From contig NMRA01000155.1 of the NCBI GenBank assembly GCA_002633005.1, positions 365,844-429,843 of the forward strand: a DNA stretch of 64,000 nucleotides, in the 5' to 3' direction. A model generated the notes under the pieces. It was not told the origin of the DNA, made no database searches, and saw nothing but the letters and a program-made list of their open reading frames with translations. A program made the position numbers and the translations under genes. Numbering within the stretch: position 1 is the first letter of the stretch; each line of letters opens with the position of its first letter. Origin of the DNA: Phoronis australis (Eukaryota; Animalia; Phoronida). This document shows positions 38,461-52,800 of this stretch, one piece after another.

Positions 38461-41400
38461 GGAAAGACGCGTCATTGTTTATTAGATATCATGTTTTTAT
38501 CTTGTCAAACGCTAAAATGTCATTCGCTTTGCGGCCAGAAAAGCCTTAAAATCGTGCAGGCCATCGCAAAAGATAGAAAATTATATTCAAATCCTGAAAA
38601 TATATGGTGCGACCATCATATTGCAAGCGCATGTCTACTTCAAAAGCTGACTCACAATCTCAATAGCGTGTGAATCAATCGAACAATGGCCCTGCTTTCA
38701 CACATCTACCCTTTATATTTCTCACCTCTTTTACATATTGGATACGTACATGTACTTCCTATTGGAAGGTACGTCCTTCCCATTGGCAGTCCACGATTTA
38801 CGATAACATGTTTGCAGTGGTGATGGTGATCATTGGTTACTCCGGCGGTCTGAGTTCTGTTTAAAGCTTTCTTATTAAGGTATCACCTAACTCTAACCAT
38901 TGTTTGTAGTATTGGTTACTGCACCAGCATTTAAAGTAATATAGAAATGTTTTGATCATAAAAATCCATGCAGGGATGGTAGGGAATCCAACAGGTGCCA
39001 CACCCGTGCACTGCCCTTTCGTCTTACCTTGGTTGTCATCGACTAGTGGCCTCCTCTCTCGGGTCGACACAATTTTCACCCCTTTCATCCTCTGCCCTCG
39101 TACGTTCAGATACCTCTTTAGACGCCCTCATGGTCACTACCAATTGCACCCTTCCCCAAATATCTCATCAACACTATACTTCTCTCCAGTCGCCGTCACA
39201 GTCGCTGTGGCTTCACTATAATTTTCTGGTGTCGCGTTTAAGTGTCAGTGCGTTGTTTACCCCCTCCCACTTTTTGCGCCTACTGTACTCAGTATAACTA
39301 AAGTGTATCAAGTGACAAATATTTAGAGCATTATAAATAATAAAAAACCTGGGTAACATTATATCACATGTCAATCTTAACTCATTTCTATGAAATCTAA
39401 TGTGAACACACACTATTTATGCATAACGTAATTTGACAACGCTTAAAAAGGTGCTCAAGAGGAGACACAAGTAAAGGGGTACTAAACCTTCTTTTATCCA
39501 AACAGATGATAACTAGAAATGGGTCACTTTCTTAAGAACAGAACAGCTGTCTGTTTAGAGAAAATTGGAAAAATATTTCAAAAAACCTGCTCAGTCGAAA
39601 AGCATGACCGAAACATCCGGTCGAGTTAATAAGCGACTTTGGGAACCTCAAAACTGCCTTCTGTACACTACGAGATTCACTTATGATCGACACATGAAAT
39701 AGCTTTTCCGTTGAATAGTTGTTGATCTCTCGTTGGAAGAACAAGTAGTACAGTCGGTGATGACAGAACAAGTCTAGAGTGAACTCACCTAAACATCCGG
39801 AATAGGCATATCTACCTGTAAGCTATGTTTGTGCTTTTCTGCAAAAATTTTTTCGTAAGCTTTTACAAGTAGGCCAATTTCTTTTTTCAAAGAGGCTGTT
39901 TAACGGCTTGTGACAAACTCACCTTCCGTCCATTACTTCTGATTTGGACCACTTGCCGTAATGAATTTGGTCTAAAATTGCTCGTTAATCATATTGCAGA
40001 TGATTTGAGGACATCAAAAACCTGGCAGTTCGTTGTTGCTTGAAGTCTGGCAGTTGACTTGTCATAGTGGACATAGCGTACCATTTGTATGCGCTAAGCA
40101 AATGGTATCAATAAATATCGAACTTTCGAACGAGTTCTTCTCAAACCCAAAAGATGCTTCCCATCTGCATAAAGAACAAGTGGAAATCAAACGCTTAATG
40201 GACTGTCGTTTAAATCTTAGATTCAAATTTTGGACGAATCGTGACTTGATAACAATCGCAATCTTTCACGACAATACATTGATGTTCATTCCCAACGTAT
40301 GTCACCCACGTGTGTCGTCTAAGTCTCGAGGTTTCTTGAAGAACTCAATAATGAGACAGTTCACCCAGGATTTTGTGGACATTGAGTAAATCACGAGGCT
40401 TCACGTCCTACTCTTGTTAGAGGGACACTGTCGATTTTGCGACCGAAACTCACGTTTTGGGGATTACTGATGGATGAAATCGACTTCTTGAAGTTATTAG
40501 CTAGCTTTGACCAGACCTGTAAAACACAAACTATACGCTTTTATGATTTTATTACTGTGGCGCCACTTCTCACCGTCACTAAAAACCAAGCCTGGTGACT
40601 TTACGCCTTTGTAAAAGCTAACATTTATCGAGTGAGTGCGGTTTAGCTCCGCTAGCCTGAGGAACGTTAGGCTGTGACCGCGGGGCTCCAGGTGCATGAT
40701 TCCGCCCTGAGGTTGCATGATCTCAGAACACTACTTTTCTTGTCGATAATATCATTTTACGTGAAGACTGGCATTTTAAGAGGACTCACTATTCATATTC
40801 AGCGAATCAGCTTGGTACAATTGTATCAGTTGGGTAGGGCAAGAGTCTAAAACTTTTAGTAAATATCTAATTGTAATCCGCATGTGGTTTGGGAAAGCTT
40901 TTTACTCACTATCTGAATTATAATTAATAAAGGTTACCGTAACCTCTTTTCATAACAAACACGTAACTACTTATATTACCCCGGTCACACGCAAGCAAAA
41001 AAACTGGAAATGGAGAATGGAAAACTCTCATTCCAAACCCGGGTAGACAGAATTCGTTAGCGTGGACAGGCAGTTTGTCTAGGAGAAGGAAAACTCCGAT
41101 TTCAAAACAGGGCAGAGGATGCTCCAAAGCAACAGACAACAGATTCTCTACGAGAAGGAAACTGGGATAAAAAACCAACGCCGAAGTCGGATACCCTGGG
41201 CCCCTGTGGCGCTTAACGGCAGCGCGATGTCATCATCATGGTCAATCTGTTTGACCATGTGGCAAACAAGAAGAAGAAAGTATAGATTTCTGATATAGCA
41301 AGTCAGTTGTGAGGCGTCGTTTGATGTTAATTAAATAAACTTACTTTTTAGAACATAATTTTTTTCTAGACTGGCAAAGTATGAATTGTTTTCACCCTGT

Positions 41401-42426
41401 TCAATCCACTTAGCCCGTGATCTTGTAACATGACCCCTCACGAGACCCTCTCGAAAAATGTCCAACTCATTATCAGTCTTTAGCAACAATATTTGAACCT
41501 TGATAGATTATTGGCATAGGATTCACGATGCCGAAGAAACATTTAACGAAGAACTAGTAAAACTAATATTTAAAAAAGGTTCGCTTTAGAAACCTCTGAC
41601 GTCTGGAGTTGAAAACAAACGGGAAGTTTTTGTTATGACAATTACTAAAATCATTTTTGAAAAAAATCATTCAGAAGAGCGAATGTTTGAACAAAGATGA
41701 CGCAATTAATTCAGCAAAACGTTTTCGGACCTACGTTGGAATTGGTCTTAAAGCAGTAAAGTAGCTTTAAACATGCGATCTGCCTTCATAATAAAATTTT
41801 GATTGAAATAGTTTCCATATCAAGTGATATCAAATGGATCTATACTCAGATAAGAAGAAATTTCGACAGTGCTTACGAGCAACTGACATTTCCTTACAAG
41901 ATGCTTGCTCTTGGTGAGGATCATTAAGCTGTCTTGACACGGCGGGCTATTTTAGGCGTAATCAAGAGTTTTTTTGACGTGAAGAAAAATTGTGCCACAT
42001 AAGTGGCGAATTTGCGGGCAATTCAGGATGCTTAACACCCCCAGTCCTCTTCCATCATCAAACCTGTACGTTCAATGGCTCCTGAATCTAAATATGTGGG
42101 ACAGGCCTTGGTAAGTCTATATGACCACTAATCTTCATTATTTGTTCTCACGCTACTCCATCATTAGGAGCTCAATAAACATTTAAGCCGATATACGATT
42201 ATCTGTAAGCCCGCACTGTACTGTATAAAGCCATTTTTGGTTACTATTTCGGCTGAAGATGATAAGTTATCAGCGTTCTCAAACAGGTCTGTTTATTTTG
42301 GGAGAGTGTTAACACGGTGAATAATTATCTTTTATCATACAAATCTCTTAAGCAATGGTGGGAAAATAGATGTGTACAGACCGGCAAGACGGCATTGCGT
42401 ACTCTTGCTGCATACCGATGTTTAAA

Positions 42427-43856
42427 ATGAGAATTCTGCTTTTTTCGGTGTCTTGTGCGGTCTTGTGTGTCGGAGTATTTGGTATCCACTCCGTGGTGAA
42501 CGTAATAGGCGGAAAATTGAAAGGCGACTGGTCTGAAACGGATGGAGTAACTCGATTTTTGGGTGTTCCTTATGCTTTACCACCGGTAGGTCAGCGCAGG
42601 TTCGCTCCTCCTCATATCATACCAAGATGGGACGTGGAGAAGGATTGCACATCATACAAACCCTCATGCCCTCAGCCATTGGAGATGTTCAATGATTCGC
42701 GAACAGGTTATTTAAAAACATACAACGTTTCACTTGAATTACCGAAGATTAATGAAGATTGTTTGTACTTAAACATTTTTGTTCCTGGCGAGGTTCAATT
42801 CAACAAATCTTTGCCAGTCATGGTTCATTTCCAAGATAGTGGCTTCCAGGTTGCACTTACTGACGTGTTTGATGTTTCCGGTCTAGCAAGGGAAGGGGAA
42901 GTCATAGTTGTGACATTCAGTTCACGACTTGGTGCTCTTGGTTTCTATGGAGGGCACAATTTAGGACTTTGGGACCAAATAGAAGTTTTGAAGTGGATAC
43001 ATCACAACATTGAAGCGTTTGGTGGTGATGCGAACAGAGTAACATTGTTTGGAGTTGGCTCAGGTGCATTTGCCGTTGGCCTCCATGTTCTATCCGCGGA
43101 GAGTAGAGGGTTGTTCAAAAGGGCCATATCTCAAGGCACATCTGCCTACGACATAACCTTAATCAACTCAAATCCAGCAAGTGCAAATGACGCGTTCAAC
43201 AAAGCAGTGAACTGTGAACTCAAGGAAATGGAAGAACAGATGAAATGTTTAAGGTCCTTGAAAATTGAAGACATTCTTTCTGTCCAGGTAAAACTTGCAT
43301 ACCAGTACCTTAATTTCATGCCGGCAGTTGATGGCAAAATACTACAAAACACACCAACCAAGATATTGGAAACGATGAAATTCAATGACGTCGACTATAT
43401 GTTAGGTGTCAACAGCAACGGGGGATCTGCTGGTGTTTTTGACTTCTTCCCCCGTCTGAACACGGGTGCTGACGAAGATTATTTCAAGGCGTTCTTAGAT
43501 GGTGCTGCTTACATGATATCCCCAACAAACTTTGCCGCTTTGAAAGCCGCTCTGTCGTATGAATACGCACCAGTGATGAAAGACAGTATGAACAGCAAGA
43601 AGTGGTTTCAGAAAATATTAGATTTTTCCAGAGATGGTTACTTAAGCCAGGTCAGAGTAGCCCAGTTGACCCATGCCGGTGCTGGGTTGCACGTTTACGC
43701 CTATTATTTTGACCAATCTCCTCCAGTTTCAGGTGACGTTTCAGCCGACGTGTTGGGTGTACCCGCTGGTGTGGAGGAGTTGTTTTTATTTGGTCATGTA
43801 CGAAATGAATTCAGTACGCGACTGATGAAAACCTGGGCAACTTTTGCTAAAACAGG
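42427..43856 (+). CDS. copy 3 exon 1
   Basis: ORF MRILLFSVSCAVLCVGVFG...; donor GG|GTACGC; 1430 nt. Confidence 0.92.
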
Positions 43857-46800
43857 GTACGCTTTGCAACAGTAAATTTTTATTACTTTTCACAATTTTC
43901 TAAAGCGCCGTAAATAAAGTATAAACGGTGCACATGAACTTCTAAATAGATGCAGCAGTTCTGTATTCACCTATAATATGAATTGAAACCGCATCGTTTC
44001 TTTTGTGACTAAAAGAATTTTCGCCATTGAGTTAATAAACAAATGTAATAGAATAGGTCCTCCTCGAGATAAAAACGATACTTCATGAGCATTGCTAAGT
44101 TCTCAACATTCCTATTCGAAAGCAAGTGACTACGAATTTCGTTTATTTTGACTACATTAATCATGATTACGAAATTCGCTTTGATGACGAGCCTCTCTTG
44201 GGAACAGGTTTAAAATAATGATTACATGTACATCAAGATATAAGTGAGAGGAAAATGGCGGCTAATTAATACTTTGGTTTTCAGGATGCCAGTTTTGGAA
44301 CTTGGCGATGGTACTTTTTTGGAATGGCCTAACTTCAACGCAACACATCAAAAAACAGCATTTCTGCGATCCGACGTTACCAAGGCAAATGCTGTGATGG
44401 ATTCGTTGCCAGGAAATTTGGAAAGGAAAATTTCGTTTTGGATTGAACTGCTGCCCAGAATTGCAACTAAAAACGAAGAGTGCCGAAACGACACATCTTC
44501 TGCTATGGAGTACGATCACCCAATGGTTCTACTTAAACAAGGTCATGTTCTTGGACGTCTCAGAATGGCTGCAGGTAATTTTGTGAAAATAATGTGCTTT
44601 GCTTACTCAGGAGGAGCGCTTTGATTGCTTGCAAGTGAGTTAGCCGCCCATTGGTACCTTGTTTGCTCACAGCCAACAGACAGTCGAATGGCGTAATGGC
44701 GACTTTGGCGAGACTGCAACATCCTATTGTATACATTAGACGTGTCATTTGTCTGGAAATCAGTATTTTAGGACACAGTGCTACGTAGAGACAATTTGGA
44801 ATGAAATTTGGTCTAAATTCATCAAGATCTTAACTTTGGTATTTGCAATGCCCAATTAAACAAATAGATTAGACGTGTGCTTGTCGCTATAAAACGGGTC
44901 GATTCCAGTGGCCCGTTTGCAACAATTCTGTATTTTCGGCAATCACTCCTGACCAAGACAGCTTGCAAACACGAGCTTGACTGCTGAAACCTGCTGAGTG
45001 TCTTGTTGACTGGGACAGTTGAATACGGAAATTACGTGCATAAAACATGGGGTCAAGGATCACGCATGAAGAACATTTCCTAAATGAGTGTCGTTTCTGT
45101 GGATTTTGAAGCGTCGGCTGATCTTTATGATTTGGGACTACTCAGTAATATTTGTGCAGGTCACGTGAACAGAATAGATGGTGAGTCTTACATAATCCAG
45201 GTAATTTTCGTACCAACAGTGAAAAGTTCTGTTTAACAAACTTTTCAAAAGGTAGTTATCACGTGTATGTGGTAATACACAAAACGTGCTGAGAGTGTCG
45301 TAGATGAAATATTATACCACATTATCAGCCTGACATGGCCAATACAACCAGTAATAATCCCATTTAGTTATTAAACTCGCGTTGAATAACATTTGGCAGG
45401 AAACCGAGGCCTGTCGACTTAACAGCTGCGCCACTCAGCAGCTGACGTCATAGAACGTGAAAATAGAATATTTAAATGAGCACGCGCAATAATCGCATGT
45501 TCAACAAAAGGCTTTGTACCGACATCTATACGCTATGAAAAATAAGATACACAATTTCAATAAAACGACATCGTTAATTCTGTAAAATTTACTTGTCATT
45601 TTCTCTCACTTGTAAATCATTGATCTCCAGTTTGAATGCTGGTAACGTGTAGTTGGGATCATTTGATTTGGACATAATACTCAGTAACCAGTGGTAACCT
45701 ACTCTGGCAGACGATATTTTCACGGTGGAACCTTAGCATGGTAAGATGCATAGTAAACTAGACTAGTTGCTCACAATTTATTTTATAGATTCACTTTATT
45801 CATATTTTGTTTGAATTTTCAATTGGCTTTGAGTAAAAACATTATTTTATCATAAATAACTCGTCATTTCTTAAAAGGTCACGACCTCCGACCCCGGTCC
45901 GCTGACATAGAAAGCGCTTACAAAGCTGAGTGGAGTTGAGAAAGATAGATCGATGCGTTACAATGGTTATCGTTCAGTATGTGATATAAATAGATTATTA
46001 CATGTTCTCAGCCGTTATCTCCCAAATCAGGAGACCTCGTGGATTTTTGAGAATTAATAATTAATTATGATTCTCAATAATCCATTCGGGCTCTGTATTA
46101 CGGAGGATAACGACTTCACCATGTAATTGTCTCTATGTATCCCACGGGACAGTATTCCGCGTATCGATTGAGACCGAAGGTCTAGTTGATACGCGGAATA
46201 ATGTCGCGTGGGATATTCCTTCATCTACGCCAATCAAGGAACGTTTTGTATTTATCCCATACGCTTCGAATTCCTAAGTTTCTTTCATTTTTGGCAGAAT
46301 TTTAAATATTTCACCCGGGCTGTTCACTTAGTGGATCATATCCTATAAGCGCGTTAGGTTACAAGTTTTCTCTAGTAAAATAAACAGTTTTAAATGTAAC
46401 GATTTGTTACTTGAAAAGAGATATCAAAGATGAAAACAACGGTAATTGTGCATTGAACTTGCAACATTTCCGGTAAATAGTTAAATACCAACAATATTTG
46501 ATGTTGCAGTTACCGAGGAATCGGCACCTGAGTTGCAGACGATATGAAAGTTAGCAATCGAAAACTGAGACATAAGTATCATATAATTAACAGTTTTGTT
46601 CCAGATGTTACATGTACATTTGAGAAATGATTGCATGTTGAGTCTTGTTTATACTGCTGCAACTGCATTAGTTTAAACTATTTTGGGAAAGTTTGATGAT
46701 CGAACTGCCTAACGATGTCGAGTCAACATTGACCTACCTTTAAACTTTCCATGTCAGAGGTCACTGTTGAAGTAGTGCGGGGAGGAAATACGGAAAACAA

Positions 46801-49800
46801 TATCCCATGACTGTATTGAACTCGACTGATTCAACTCGTATGGGACTAGTATCTCGTGACCGGTGTGCATGTATATGTTTGAAGAGCATAATTACCTGAA
46901 GGTGCAAACATTCGCCTGCGCTTGAAACAATTGATGTTTTGATTTAGTGTTGTTCTTGAATTTCTACAAAGCTCACGATTTGCATGTGTTAAGTAATCAC
47001 TCCAGACCATGTGATCTCAGTTATGGCGGTAGTGTGAGGTACATCTAGTGGCATATTGAAAAGTTAGACTTTCCAGAGTCAATTTGCAAGCCGCGAAGAC
47101 TATCGTTCTCCAGACTGTATCTTTTTTTCGCGACTGACTCTGGGGTAGAGTTCAGCCGCTAGGACCTCGGCAGGACCTCGCTAGTAAAGCAAGACTTTGT
47201 GAGATTACGCGAGATATCGCCGTGTAGTTTGAATTAGAACACGTGATTTTGACTAGAGTTTTCTAGCCGCGAAATAGCTACTGAACTCTTCCCAGGTGTT
47301 TGGTCAGTGTCTGGAAGGTTAAGGAAATTTGGTTATTGATATGCAAAAATGTAATGCTTGTAACAACATTTTGGGGAGATTAAAACCTGTAGACTTCGCA
47401 TTCTTGCCCGACTTGACGTCTGAACAACTTAATTTCACCATTCAGCTATTTAGACTAATGNCTCCAGACCATGTGATCTCAGTTATGGCGGTAGTGTGAG
47501 GTACATCTAGTGGCATATTGAAAAGTTAGACTTTCCAGAGTCAATTTGCAAGCCGCGAAGACTATCGTTCTCCAGACTGTATCTTTTTTTTCGCGACTGA
47601 CTCTGGGGTTGAGTTCAGCCGCTAGGACCTCGGCAGGACCTCGCTAGTAAAGCAAGACTTTGTGAGATTACGCGAGATATCACCGTGTAGTTTGAATTAG
47701 AACACGTGATTTTGACTAGAGTTTTCTAGCCGCGAAATAGCTACTGAACTCTTCCCAGGTGTTTGGTCAGTGTCTGGAAGGTTAAGGAAATTTGGTTATT
47801 GATATGCAAAAATGTAATGCTTGTAACAACATTTTGGGGAGATTAAAACCTGTAGACTTCGCATTCTTGCCCGACTTGACGTCTGAACAACTTAATTTCA
47901 CCATTCAGCTATTTAGACTAATGTGCCATCCGTCCCTAATAAACTTTTCTAAGTTTAAGGAACTTCTAGTGCAAATGAAATGAATATACGCAACGTGCTG
48001 TTGCAACACTACTGACTACCTTGCTATAGATGGTTTTTGACTTGCCAGTCCGCTCAGTGATTACTGCTGCGAGTGCGTCAACACATTAACTTTTTATCTT
48101 TCTGTCATATTTCCGGCTTTTATGGGACCTATTATTACCTGGTATTAAACATAACATCAATGAAATGTCAGCTCAAACCAACCAACGTTGAGGTCTACGG
48201 CTGGCGACACACTTCCTGCATGCCTCCGCATATTTGACATGAGGAACTAAAATCCTTTTTGGAATCACATGCTGGGTGAATTTGACAACATCATTACTAA
48301 GTTGACAGGTCGATGCGATTGTGCACTTTAGGGAACCAATTTCCATACGAAGAATACCTGGACATCCCATATGCAGTGCCACCTGTCGGGGACTTACGAT
48401 TTCACCCTCCAAGGCCCCATCAAGGTTGGAAAGGCATTCTAAACAGAACAAGAGAGACAACTGGGGTCAAGATTTGTCCTCAGACTATCTTGGCACTCAT
48501 GCCTGTGCTTCCGTTTGAGGTCATGGAGGAAGATTGTCTAACATTAGACATTTACCTTCCATACGGAGTTTCAAAAATCAGGTATGTAGGTCTACTCGCC
48601 TGGGTCAGCTACCTTCTGCTATGCTTTTCTACATTCTACAGTGGATATGTTGTAAAACTTCAAATAAAAGTCCACGGTCTTATAGACTTATATCCGAAAT
48701 AACTTTTAAATCTTTGACGATACCGAATATATGAAATCACTTTATCTTCGAATCAGGTTGAACCATTTTTTCAGATATAAGCCCAGTTGCTACCTTCTTT
48801 GTGATTTCCGCCAACCAACTGTGACCACAGTGTTAAATATTGTTGAAGACAATGAAATATTGGTTGGCTGAAATTGTTCCCGATAAAAACAAAACAGTGC
48901 TACACTTTTATAATTGCGCCCTGTCCTTAATCGGCGAAATATGTGGATTTTCTGAGAAAACTTAAAATGTAACGATCCCGAAAATAAGCTGCGGTATTAC
49001 ACCGGAATATAACCCCATACCTGAATGTAAAATCATGGCCGAATATAGGGAATTTTTACGGCAAACAATATAAAGGATGTTGCCAACTCACCAACGTCAG
49101 AATTGGTCAATATCGTCCAGTTTTTGAACTTTGAAGGAGAATGAACCCAAACCTATGAACACCAAATGTATATCAACTTTTCAATGTTCTGTAGGACCCT
49201 AAAAATGCCCAATTACGTCCAACTTCATAATTTCGTATCGCAGAAGTGGCTGGTTGCATTCTTAACTTTCAGATGCTACGCTTTAGGCATTCCTTAACAA
49301 AACGCTGGTTGGAATTGTTGATTCTCAAAATGTTCTACTTTTGCAATAGTGCTACCAACGTACTTATATGATATTTTATGAAAATGATTTAATGTTGTAT
49401 CAAACGAAAATAATAATTTTTTGAGATTTCATCTTGAACATTTATATCATACAAGTTCTAAGCAGCAAGGTCACTTAACCTAATTAGTATCAGATTGCTA
49501 TATTTTTTCTTTCACAAAATATCTAAATTTGCTTTGTTAATTTTTATAGCTTTGTAGATATTTGGCTAAATGTGCAGAGTTGTCGATGTGGTTCCACATA
49601 ACCTTAAGGTAACCTAATTTTATTTGGTCGTAAAGAACATTGTGTACTTATCACCCATTTGACTGAATTCATATGATTGGCATGGTATGATATTAATGGT
49701 TGATGACAATTCATATCAGTGGTTAACATAATATTTCATGTAAGGCTTATCACCAATCGTGATAATTTAAATGGTTTCTTATCTCTGAGAATATTAATGA

Positions 49801-52800
49801 CCCAAGTTTATCGTTATCTCTTGAGATCAAGCTCAAAAAATTTAAGGCCACCCAGTAACAGAAAATACTTCCTATCCCTAAACAGAACATTAAGGCATTG
49901 ACGAGAAAGTCGGTGTAAAATATGTCTATTTTAACAAACTTTGGCCATTGTTTTCTAAGAGGATTTCTTTTGTAACCAGCTCATGGGATTTTCCAAAAGC
50001 AGCATCACAAATTTAACTCTCTTTTGATGCGCCCACAAATGCCGCCATCTCCGTCCGTCCGTCTGTCCGTCCGTCTGGTGTCCGCTGCTCCATTTCCAAA
50101 GCCCCTTGGTGCATATTAACGAATTTTTGCAGATATTTTCCTTTAATAGATAGGTTGGCATGAGCACAATTTTGGACGTATTCGGCTACCGGGTGTGCCC
50201 CTAGAGGCAATTTTAATTTTTACGTTTGCCTCTATATCTTCGGAGTTCTTCAACGAATTTTCATGAAATTTGACAAATAGGTAGTTCTTAGTTTTTGAAT
50301 GGATTCGACGTATTTTGAGCCACCTTTTTTGTTTTCAGTTTGATTTGACATAGTGAATGCCTCCTAGTGGCCATTTTTATTATGTTTGAGTCTTTGACGT
50401 CCATCTCACTATCGGCCAAACCACTCTAAAATGTTATTTTTATTTTTCAATAATGAAAAAGACAACATTTGAAAAGTGAACAAAGAAAAGGGACAAAGCT
50501 TTCACTCATCCCCCCCCCCCNNNNNNNNNNNCACATCCATTCACACACTTCATCATTTAATAGAAATAACACTAAACAATGCATGAATTTATTGTTTATA
50601 TAACAAATTCGTTGCATGGCAGCACTAAAAGCCTCCCATATTCTAATTTTAGAGTTGTTCGGCTCTTTTTCTTTTTGAAAATTAAATAATGTAATTTTGA
50701 GATGTTTCATCCAGAATAACTTAAAGGCAGACCAGTCTGGATGTAATTGTTGTTGGTTACGTAAATAAATAGAATATTGGGCGACGGTGATAACATAATT
50801 AATCAAAGGGAGACTTAAGGAAAACTCATATGGCAAAACACGAATTCATTTTTCGTTATTTTGACATCCTCCTTAAGGAGAGATGTCAAAATATCTTGAA
50901 CATTAATTAACAATCTAGTTTGTACTACATTAAAATGTACACAGTATTCTACACTAGATTACAGTAATAGCATTTATATGAATCTTGATGTTATACAGTA
51001 AAGAGTTAGTACATAAACTGTTGCGCAACAACATATACTTTAAAGATTTAATGCGTGGATCAAGAGAAAGTGCAAAAGGCAAGGAATAATTTAATACATG
51101 TATCTTGTTTGAGTAATGCTGCAACAAATTTTCATACGTGTAGTTATCTGTTTTTGTAGTACTTCTGTAACAAGATATTTTTTATTTTCCTTTTGCAATT
51201 TTATTGTAACCTTAGCAATATGTTTTGTTGCAAGCAACCAATCGCTGAAGATTTTGATCATTTTTTCTAGATAAAATGATACTTATTGAATTAAATTTCG
51301 TGATTTAAAATCTCTTAATTTATTGGGGACAAATAAAACAACAAGAATAATATATATTTTAGGTTGTATTGGGAATTTCAGGGTCACAGCTCTGCAAATG
51401 AATATTTCACCGAAGGAACCAGATGGTTTCCTTGATTACAAGAGATAACACACACATTTACGATACCCAATGAGTAATTGCGTATCGGATACTAAGTGGC
51501 ACGTGGTTAGCACAATACCAAATGGGAACATAATGCCAAATGGGTATTGGCCGATTGCCTACCAAGTGGGTCGAGCCAAACAGCAAATTCAATAACAAGT
51601 ACCAAATGAGCAAATATCATATAAAGTACCAAGTGGGTATACCAAACAGCCAACTGGGCTATAACAATCTGCAAAGCAGGTTCCGGACAGGCTGAGAGAG
51701 CAGACCAGCGGGAGTGATCAAAAGAGATATTGTAAGGAACGTGGTGTTGTGGCTCAGTATGTGCCGAGAGTTGTGACCGGGGTGGAAAGAGGCAAGCTGC
51801 AAAGATGGACGCTCGAGTACAGGTGTATCTGCTAGCTAGTGACGTATTTTCTTGCTTGGCGGTAACACGCTCCGGGCTTGAAGGAGGTACCAGTAGTGAC
51901 CAGAGTAACTCACAGCAGAGTTTTTTCGACAAAAGGTAGCGAGGTTAGGAAAGGTATAAANCGTAAATAAATAGAATATTGGGCGACGGTGATAACATAA
52001 TTAATCAAAGGGAGACTTAAGGAAAACTCAAATGGCAAAACACGAATTCATTTTTCGTTATTTTGACATCCTCCTTAAGGAGAGATGTCAAAATATCTTG
52101 AACATTAATTAACAATCTAGTTTGTACTACATTGAAATACACACAGTATTCTACACTAGATTACAGTAAGAGCATTTATATGAATCTTGATCTTATACAG
52201 TAAAGAGTTAGTACATAAACTGTTGCACAACAACATATACTTTAAAGATTTAATGCGTGGATCAAGAGAAAGCGCAAAAGGCAAGGAATAATTTAATACA
52301 TGTATTTTGTTTGAGTAATGCTGCAACAAATTTTCATACGTGTAGTTATCTGTTTTTGTAGTACTTCTGTAACAAGATATTTTTTTTTCCTTTTGCAATT
52401 TTATTGTAACTTTAGCAATATGTTTTGTTGCAAACAACCAATCGCTGAAGATTTTGATCATTTTTTCTAGATAAAATGATACTTATTGAATTAAATTTCG
52501 TGATTTAAAATCTCTTAATTTATTGGGGACAAATAAAACAACAAGAATAATATATTTTAGGTTGTATTGGGAATTTCAGGGTCACAGCTCTGCAAATGAA
52601 TATTTCACCGAAGGAACCAGATGGGTTCCTTAATTACAACAGATAACACACACATTTATGATACCCAATGTGTAATTGCGTATCGGATACTAAGTGGCAC
52701 GTGGTTAGCACAGTACCAAATAGGAACATAATGCCAAATGGGTATTGGCCGATTGCCTACCAAGTGGGTCGAGCCAAACAGCAACTTCAATAACAAGTAC

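Noticed and set aside
41450-41960. Possible highly decayed L1/Tx1 RT remnants (also 49600-49920, 50550-50760, 36500-36660, 60700-60900)
   Set aside because: Only faint peptide resemblance across broken frames; cannot be supported without a profile search
42370-42426. Upstream ATG extending copy 3 by 19 aa
   Set aside because: Not conserved as an in-frame start in copies 1 and 2; it would bury the signal peptide
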